Source of the DNA: an uncultured Candidatus Binatia bacterium
GTDB lineage: Bacteria > Desulfobacterota > Binatia > UBA9968 > JAJDTQ01
Length of the DNA: 64,000 nucleotides
Assembly (NCBI GenBank): GCA_965204505.1
Contig: CBDBFB010000004.1
Span: 107,449 to 171,448 of the forward strand
Direction: 5' to 3'
Shown: positions 58,137 through 64,000 of the stretch, one piece after another
Layout of the letters: each line of letters begins with the position of its first letter
Position numbering within the stretch: position 1 is the first letter of the stretch
Notes under the pieces: model-generated
The model's database searches: none
What the model saw: only the letters and a program-made list of their open reading frames with translations
Told to the model about the DNA's origin: nothing
Program-made: the position numbers and the translations under genes

Positions 58137-58385
58137 GGGGGCGACCGCCGGTCGCCCCTACAAAGCCGGTTTCCCTCACGTGCTTCTAGTGTCGTGTCCC
58201 ACGTAAATGTAGACAAATCTGCTGGTCTTTTTCGTCGTCGGCTGCGTTGCTCTTCCTCGCGTGGTAATGGCCACTGCTCGTCATCGCGCCTTGCCGACAA
58301 CGAAAAATCCTGCGCATCTTTGTCAACATTTACGTGGGACACGACACTAGTTCCGCAGACCCTCCGGTAGGGGCGACCGGCGGTC
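58137..58385. repeat. MITE/REP-like composite palindromic element between hydrolase paralogs 2 and 3
   Basis: Outer palindromes ggggcgaccgccggtcgcccc at 58137 and its complement at 58365. Inner 32-bp inverted repeats ctagtgtcgtgtcccacgtaaatgtagacaaa at 58186 and tttgtcaacatttacgtgggacacgacactag at 58321 flank a ~100-bp core. Confidence 0.7.
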
Positions 58386-58398
58386 GCCCCTGTTCGCG

Positions 58399-59373
58399 TT
58401 ACTCCTTCTCGATGAACCACTCCATCAGCGCATTGAAGTCCTGCCACTGGTCCAGCCACAGGAAGTGGTTGGCCTTGTCGAGGATGTGCATCTGGGCGTT
58501 GGGGAATAGCTTGTAGAGCAGGAACCCCATGTCGAGCCCCTTGTTGGAGTTCTTGCCCCACACCACCAGCGTCGGCGTCCGGATCTTGTGCACGTGCTCG
58601 CGGATGTGCTTGCCGTCGATCTCCAGTTGGCGGCGCTGGCCGGCCAGGGTCTGCTTGGCCCAGTACTTCTCGCCCCTGTGTTCGTCGTAGAGCCGGCTCC
58701 ACCTGCCCGACAGCTCCATCAGGTGGTCGAGGAACTCCTCGCTGACCATGGACTTGTCGTAGAAGAACGCGCTGGCGTACTGGCGCACGCCTTCCCGGGT
58801 GTCGGTCAGTCCCTTCTTCGGGCGCATGGTGCCGGGCTCGAACAGCACCTTCTGGTAGGGCAGCTCCTGGGTGTCGCCGGACACCGCGACACCGTCCACC
58901 TCGGTGGTGGTGGTCTGCAATGACTGCACCTCCGCGGGCCGTCCCGCGGTGCTGCCGCTGTCGATGAGGATCAGCTTGCGGACCAGGTCCGGCCGCAGGA
59001 GCGTGATGTAGGTGACGATCCAGCCGCCCTGGGACTGGCCTGCGAGGTTGACCGGGCCGAGGTCGAGGGTCTCGATGAAGTTCAGCACGTGGTCCGCGCG
59101 CACCCGGATGTGGCTCAGCTCGTCGAGGTTCCGGGGCGGGTCGGTGTAGCCGCTGCCCAACTCGTCGATGGCGAACACATGGAACTTTTTTGCCAGCGGG
59201 ATGATGTTGGCGTACCAGCGGTAGCAGCCCATGCCCACCTCGATGGCGCCGCCGTGCACCAGCACCAGCTTTCGGGGGTTTCCTTCCCCGGCCTCGATGT
59301 AGTGGGTCTTGTAGCCGTCAACCGTGGCGAACTGGCTCTTGAACTTGTCGGGACTGTTGAACAGGGTTTCCAT
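58399..59373 (-). CDS. alpha/beta-hydrolase fold enzyme, paralog 3 of 3
   Basis: GQSQGGW. N-terminus METLFNSPDKF. The start is taken at the conserved Met 59373 rather than at 59406. Confidence 0.75.
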   Translation of the reverse strand: METLFNSPDKFKSQFATVDGYKTHYIEAGEGNPRKLVLVHGGAIEVGMGCYRWYANIIPLAKKFHVFAIDELGSGYTDPPRNLDELSHIRVRADHVLNFIETLDLGPVNLAGQSQGGWIVTYITLLRPDLVRKLILIDSGSTAGRPAEVQSLQTTTTEVDGVAVSGDTQELPYQKVLFEPGTMRPKKGLTDTREGVRQYASAFFYDKSMVSEEFLDHLMELSGRWSRLYDEHRGEKYWAKQTLAGQRRQLEIDGKHIREHVHKIRTPTLVVWGKNSNKGLDMGFLLYKLFPNAQMHILDKANHFLWLDQWQDFNALMEWFIEKE

Positions 59374-59481
59374 GGAGATGCCTCCTCGGGTGAGTTGCAT
59401 CCCCATGCATATTATTTCGGTAGGGTCGAGGCAACCGGTCGGGTTTCGGCGGATGCGCCGAAGCCGGTCAGGAGAAAAGGG

Positions 59482-59946
59482 TCAAGGGAAGAAGACCAGC
59501 TTCACGAGCAAGGCAAGAACGGCAGGGGCGAAAGCCAGCTTCAGAACCGCCATATCGCGCTTCAGCACGTTGACGTCTTCCTTCAAGCTGACGATGTCTC
59601 CCTTCATCTCCGCCTTGAACTCGGCGACGTCCTGCTTCGTCTCCGCCTTGAACTCCGCGACGTCCTGCTTCATCTCCGTCCTGAATTCGGCGAAGTCCTG
59701 CTTCATCTCCGTCCTGAATTCGGTGAAGTCCTGCCTGATCTCGGCTTTGAACTCGGCGAAGTCTTGTTGGCTGGCGGCCCTGAACTCGGCGAAGTCCTGT
59801 TGGCTGGCGGCCTTGAATTCCGCTAGGTCTTGCCTTGTAGCGAGGTTTTCGGTCATCGGGATCACGCCCGCGGCGGCCCTGGCCTTCTCATCAGGAGCAC
59901 CGGCTGCAACCAGGGCATCGTAGACTTCCGTAACAATCAAGCTCAT
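59482..59946 (-). CDS. DUF1640-like coiled-coil membrane-anchored protein with 7 tandem 11-aa repeats
   Basis: N-terminus MSLIVTEVYDALVAAGAPDEKARAAAG. Repeats QQDFAEFRAAS / KQDVAEFKAET. C-terminal hydrophobic anchor LAFAPAVLALLVKLVFF. Confidence 0.6.
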   Translation of the reverse strand: MSLIVTEVYDALVAAGAPDEKARAAAGVIPMTENLATRQDLAEFKAASQQDFAEFRAASQQDFAEFKAEIRQDFTEFRTEMKQDFAEFRTEMKQDVAEFKAETKQDVAEFKAEMKGDIVSLKEDVNVLKRDMAVLKLAFAPAVLALLVKLVFFP

Positions 59947-60237
59947 CAGGTCGCCTCCAGACGTGCCCGGCGCCTGATGCCAATGCACGATCCATAGCAC
60001 CAGGAAACCGCGGCGATGTCAAGGTTTTGTAGCAAACGATCAACTATGGATCCGACTCTCTCCACATAAGACACCTGTCGGCACCCTACGGGGACTCTTT
60101 AGCGTTTCTCACGTGTTTCCCATCCTTCTTCATCGCTACGGCGTCGGCGGCGCATCTTGACACCGCGGGGTCTTTTTGTTGCTCTACGGGCGGAGTCCCC
60201 GCGAGGAAACTCAACGAGTCATGCATCCGCGACTACC

Positions 60238-61515
60238 ATGAGAATGGCCCGCCAATGCCCGAACCCGTCATTCCGGCGGAAGCCGGAATCCAGAGATGGG
60301 GTGACGGCGGCACAGCGGGTCTCCGAAGTGCTATTGGCCGGCTGCTGGCCCAGCCCGGGGAAGGCGCGTGGCTTGCTGGTTGGATTGTTGCTGCTCAGTG
60401 CCTGTGCCGGGAGCGCCGCCGACCGGAACTTCTCGCAGTATCCGGGCTTCGCCGAGTATTTCGCCGCCAACCCCCCGCAGGGAGCCGCCGCGCCGGCCGA
60501 CCAGGCGTTGGCCCGCCGCCACGCGCCCCGCTTCCACCTGCCCGCCGGCCACGAGGGGCCCATTGATTTCTACCGCGACTACATCGCCCACGGTTACCTC
60601 GTGACCGGCGACGGCCTCCGCATCGACAGCCCCACGCCGGCGGACTTGAACCTCCACCGTGACGACGTTCGAGCGGAGTTCACCCACGTGCCGGACGGCT
60701 CCAAGCCGCGCCCGGTGGTCTACGCCGCGGTGGAGCGCACCGACCTGTGGGCGCCGCCGGAACCGGGAAAACCGGCTGAACAGTTCACGGTCGTCACCTA
60801 TCACCTGGTGTTCCGGGTGAGCGGGCTGCCCGCGGCGTTGCCCTTGTACCAGGCCCTGCCGCTCCGGCTGGTGGCGGATCTGGACGACTGGCATCAGCTC
60901 GACCACTACACTGCCGTGTTCGTCGTGCTGGATGCCGGCGAGCGTCCTGTCGCCCTGACCCTGCAGCAGCACAACTACCTGCGCACCTACCTGGTGGGAG
61001 AGTCGGTGGAGCTCGAGCCCGACGGCCGCTTCGACATCGACGTGGCCATCCGCTCGAACGAGCTTTACCCCCACGTTCCCGGGCGGACGGCGCGGCGGGC
61101 CGTGCGGTTTCTGGACCATGACGCCAGGGCCTTCATGATGGGATTCGGCAAGCGGCCGATGATGTCGGCGGACGACATCACCGACCCGGACCGCACCGTC
61201 GACTACGAGCTCGCGTTCCTGCCCGGTGCCGACGCCTTCTACTCCTTCCACGGCTTCCTCGGCGAACGGCGCCGTTTGCCCGGTCGCGACGGCCCGCCCG
61301 GGGCCCGCTACAACACGCTGCCCGGACTCAAGCCCCTGCCCGCGCAAATTCTCGACGGCTACTGGCGCGAGGGCGACAACGGCGATTGGGCGCGGTACCA
61401 GGACGCCCGGGACAACGGCTCCGGCCCTGCGGGTTTCGCCCGTGCGCAGGCGGAGGTATTCCATCACAACCTTGCCTGTCTGCGCCGTGAGCGCCGAGGG
61501 TGCACTTTGGAGTAG
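60238..61515 (+). CDS. hypothetical lipoprotein (lipobox LLSAC)
   Basis: ...GLLVGLLLLSACAGSA lipoprotein signal. Long body with no recognised domain. The start codon is uncertain and may lie downstream of 60238. Confidence 0.5.
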   Translation: MRMARQCPNPSFRRKPESRDGVTAAQRVSEVLLAGCWPSPGKARGLLVGLLLLSACAGSAADRNFSQYPGFAEYFAANPPQGAAAPADQALARRHAPRFHLPAGHEGPIDFYRDYIAHGYLVTGDGLRIDSPTPADLNLHRDDVRAEFTHVPDGSKPRPVVYAAVERTDLWAPPEPGKPAEQFTVVTYHLVFRVSGLPAALPLYQALPLRLVADLDDWHQLDHYTAVFVVLDAGERPVALTLQQHNYLRTYLVGESVELEPDGRFDIDVAIRSNELYPHVPGRTARRAVRFLDHDARAFMMGFGKRPMMSADDITDPDRTVDYELAFLPGADAFYSFHGFLGERRRLPGRDGPPGARYNTLPGLKPLPAQILDGYWREGDNGDWARYQDARDNGSGPAGFARAQAEVFHHNLACLRRERRGCTLE

Positions 61516-61627
61516 CGTATGGCGAAGGAGACGTGAACAGCGTCGCGGGCGCGCCCCAGGCTCTCACCCGGCCTTCGGCCACCCTCTCCCAGAGGGAGAG
61601 GGGTTGTGTTTGACTACTCGGACAGAC

Positions 61628-61688
61628 TCCTGGTGTCGTGTCCCGTAAATTCCTGCGCAACTTATCGCAGGAATTTACGGGACACGAC
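61628..61688. terminator. perfect 25-bp-stem hairpin between convergent genes, a likely bidirectional terminator, sharing the GTGTCGTGTCCC..TAAAT motif with the 58.2-kb element
   Basis: gtgtcgtgtcccgtaaattcctgcg caacttatc gcaggaatttacgggacacgacac. Confidence 0.65.
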
Positions 61689-61689
61689 A

Positions 61690-63114
61690 CTACGCCTGAA
61701 ACGCCGTCGCCACCACCAGGTACAGCGTCGTCCCCAACAGGTCGTTGAAAGCGGTCACCAGGGGGCCGGCGGCGACGGCCGGGTCGCGGTTGAGCTTGTA
61801 GAAGATGATGGGCTGCACGGTGCCGATGCAGGCGGCGGCGGTGACGGAGATGACCATGCCGATGAGGACGGCGACCGACAGGTTGAGGATGTCCGGAGTG
61901 CCCATGTTGATGAGGTAGCTGGCGGCGGCGGTGATCAGGCCGCAGCTTGCGCCCAGGGCGAGGCCGGTGGCGGCTTCGCGGGCGATGACGGACATGATGC
62001 GCTGGAAGGACAGGGTGCCGAGGGCGATGGCCCGCACCACCAGGGTGGACGACTGCAGGCCGACGGCGCCGGCGGTGGCGATGATGACCGGCAGGAACGC
62101 CGCCAGCAGAGCCATCTTCTCGAAGGTGGCCACGAAGACCTTGGAGATCACCAGCGCCACCACCAGCCCCAGGAGCACCGTCGTCGCCACCCACGAGAAG
62201 CGTTCGCCGACGCGCTTGAGCACGGAGTCGTGGGTCAGGTTGATGGACTCGGTCTCCACGCCGGCGATGGCGTAGATGTCCTTGCTTGCTTCCTCCTCGA
62301 TGACGTCCACCACGTCGTCGATGGTGACGCGGCCGACGAGCCGTTCCTGACCGTCCACCACGGGGACGGAGACGAAATCGTACTTCTGCAGGATCCGGGC
62401 GACCTCGTCCTGGGGCATCTCCAGCGGCACCGAGATCACCGGTCGGTCCATGATGTCGGCCACGGCTTCGTCCGGACTTGCCAGCACCAGGTAGCTCAGG
62501 GGCAGAATGCCGGTGACGTGCCTTTCCACGTTGACCACGAATACGTCGTGGACCTCGGGCACGTCGTCATGGGCGCGCCGGATGATGCCGATGGCCTGCT
62601 CCACGGTGGCGTACTGCGGCACGGACACGTACTCCGTCTGCATGATGCCGCCGGCGGTGTCCGAGGGATGATCGAGCAGGTCGCCGATCTCTTCCGCCAA
62701 CTCCGACGGCATTTCCGCCAGGACGCTGGGGGTGCGCCCATCCGGCAGGGCTTCGAGCAGGTCGGTGGCGTCATCGGTATCGAGCTCCTCCACCAGCCCG
62801 GCGAGTTCCCGGTCCGAGAGGTCCTCCACCAGCTCGTCGCGCACCGCCGGCGTGACGAGGCTCAAGACCGCTGAGGCCGCTTCCTGGGGGAGCAGGCGGA
62901 ACACCCGCTGCTGCACCCCGGGCTCATCAAGCTGGTCCAGGAGCTCGGCGACGTCGGCGGGGTGAAAATCGGCCAGGAGTTGGCGCACGTCGTCGTAGCG
63001 GCCCAGCCCGGTCATCATGACGATGTTCTCGAGCGCCACGTCGCGCGGCAACAGGCCCGGCGATGCTTGCTCGGGTTGGTCCCGCGAGGGTGTATCCGGA
63101 GTTGGATGCTGCAT
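61690..63114 (-). CDS. mgtE: magnesium transporter MgtE
   Basis: N-terminal MgtE_N domain, tandem CBS domains and a C-terminal five-TM MgtE transmembrane domain. 474 aa. Confidence 0.9.
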   Translation of the reverse strand: MQHPTPDTPSRDQPEQASPGLLPRDVALENIVMMTGLGRYDDVRQLLADFHPADVAELLDQLDEPGVQQRVFRLLPQEAASAVLSLVTPAVRDELVEDLSDRELAGLVEELDTDDATDLLEALPDGRTPSVLAEMPSELAEEIGDLLDHPSDTAGGIMQTEYVSVPQYATVEQAIGIIRRAHDDVPEVHDVFVVNVERHVTGILPLSYLVLASPDEAVADIMDRPVISVPLEMPQDEVARILQKYDFVSVPVVDGQERLVGRVTIDDVVDVIEEEASKDIYAIAGVETESINLTHDSVLKRVGERFSWVATTVLLGLVVALVISKVFVATFEKMALLAAFLPVIIATAGAVGLQSSTLVVRAIALGTLSFQRIMSVIAREAATGLALGASCGLITAAASYLINMGTPDILNLSVAVLIGMVISVTAAACIGTVQPIIFYKLNRDPAVAAGPLVTAFNDLLGTTLYLVVATAFQA

Positions 63115-63322
63115 CTCGGTTCAGTGGACCGGGACGGCCAGTTTCGGGTGCCGGAGCACCTTGCGGGGCCTCCCGCACAGTGTCAGGTATAGCCGCAACA
63201 CGTTAAGATCGCGTTAAAATTCTTCCTATCGCCGGGGCAAAAGCAAGGGAAGGAAATTTACTTGAAACCTCGTTTGGCTATAATGGTCGGCGTTCCGCAG
63301 TTGGTGGAGGGGGAAACGGACG

Positions 63323-64000
63323 ATGGCGAGTTACGACTACGACCTGGTTTGCATCGGCAGCGGACCCGCGGGCCAGCGCGCCGCCGTGCAGGCGGCCAAG
63401 GTGGGGAAGAGGGTGGCGGTGGTGGAGAAGCAGCGCTTCGTCGGAGGCATCTGCATCGACAACGGCACCATCCCCTCCAAGACCTTTCGCGAGGCGGTGC
63501 GCCGGGTCTACTCGCGGCCCGGGCTTGAAGTGATGGATCCGTTCGCCGCCAGCGGCAGGAGCCGGCCCACCATGCAGCAGTTGGTGGGCCACGTGCACCG
63601 GGTGATCCAGCGGGAGATCGCGGTGGTGGACGACGCCCTCACCCGGAACGACGTCAAGATCCTTCACGCACGCGGCGAGTTCGTCGACCCGCATACGATC
63701 CGCCTGGAGGCCGAGGGGGAACGTCGCGTCATCACCGCGGACAACGTGCTGATCGCGGTGGGCACCCAGCCGGGAGAGCCCCGCGGCATGACCCCCGACG
63801 GCCGGACGGTGATCACCTCCGACGACATTCTCGGCATCGAGGACCTGCCGCAGACCATGGCGGTGGTGGGGGCGGGCGTCATCGGCATCGAGTACGCTTC
63901 CATGTTCGCGGCCCTGGGCGTGCGTGTCACGGTCATCGACGCGCGCGAGCGCCCGCTGGAGTTCATGGACTACGAGATCGTCGACGAACTGATGCACCAG
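63323..64000 (+). CDS. sthA: soluble pyridine nucleotide transhydrogenase / FAD-dependent disulfide-oxidoreductase family, 3' end outside window
   Basis: GGAGGGGGAAACGGA RBS. YDYDLVCIGSGPAGQRAA FAD-binding GxGxxG. GGICIDNGTIPSKTFREAV resembles the SthA/UdhA redox-centre region. Confidence 0.7.
   Translation, partial: MASYDYDLVCIGSGPAGQRAAVQAAKVGKRVAVVEKQRFVGGICIDNGTIPSKTFREAVRRVYSRPGLEVMDPFAASGRSRPTMQQLVGHVHRVIQREIAVVDDALTRNDVKILHARGEFVDPHTIRLEAEGERRVITADNVLIAVGTQPGEPRGMTPDGRTVITSDDILGIEDLPQTMAVVGAGVIGIEYASMFAALGVRVTVIDARERPLEFMDYEIVDELMHQ

Noticed and set aside
60262-60292. REP-like hairpin cgtcattccggcggaagccggaatccag
   Set aside because: Lies inside the 5' part of the lipoprotein ORF as annotated. 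It could mark the true intergenic region if the gene starts later, but this is undetermined.
60331-62874. ORFs 60331-61467 minus and 61606-62874 plus, antisense to the lipoprotein and mgtE
   Set aside because: Shadow frames in GC-rich coding DNA.

Overview
The window is 64 kb of ~70% GC, proteobacterial-style DNA. It is read here as the right-hand part of an integrative conjugative or mobilizable element (about 1..40.2 kb) joined to chromosome-like DNA (about 40.3..64 kb).

Element part. It carries a typical leading-region and transfer gene set: ParB-like protein, RadC, a 1490-aa N6-methyltransferase/SNF2-type helicase fusion, a DprA/SLOG-like protein, SSB, a toprim primase, DUF4326, DUF2493, a MobC-like RHH protein and a MobF/TrwC-type relaxase. 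This backbone is heavily overgrown with secondary insertions:
- an IS110-family IS with short terminal inverted repeats, sitting between ssb and its terminator;
- a group II intron inserted antisense into the primase gene, whose own RT/maturase gene is interrupted by two further ORF-less group II introns (a nested twintron). Removing them restores one continuous RT-X ORF and a canonical DFNDDL primase C-terminus;
- about 2.5 copies of a ~433-bp non-coding tandem repeat;
- low-GC defence-like cargo: a DUF262 plus HEPN-like pair, a single-chain MmeI-like Type IIL/IIG RM enzyme with a partner ORF, a TcmP plus Gp37/Gp68 (DUF5131) pair, HigBA, and a TIR/deoxyribosyltransferase-like protein.
Two decayed tyrosine integrases (one frameshifted, one with an in-frame TAG) abut a 5'-truncated recG, which probably marks the element boundary.

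Chromosome-like part. The most interesting locus is a compact, apparently undescribed RiPP-like biosynthetic cluster on the minus strand (41.1..50.8 kb). It encodes a Cys-Gly-repeat precursor (core CGCGCGCDCGCDSCDACESCGC, leader with four DALQR repeats), DUF692 (MbnB/TglH-like) and DUF2063 partner enzymes, a C39-peptidase ABC exporter with HlyD, a TauD-like dioxygenase, an SDR and a secreted S9 peptidase. It is preceded by seven tandem copies of a 15-bp palindromic GGGTACCC repeat. Downstream lie an rve-transposase remnant, a second IS110-family transposase with a second ORF-containing group II intron directly behind its stop codon, recombinase and MFS fragments, three tandem paralogous alpha/beta hydrolases separated by a MITE-like palindromic element, then MgtE and the start of SthA.
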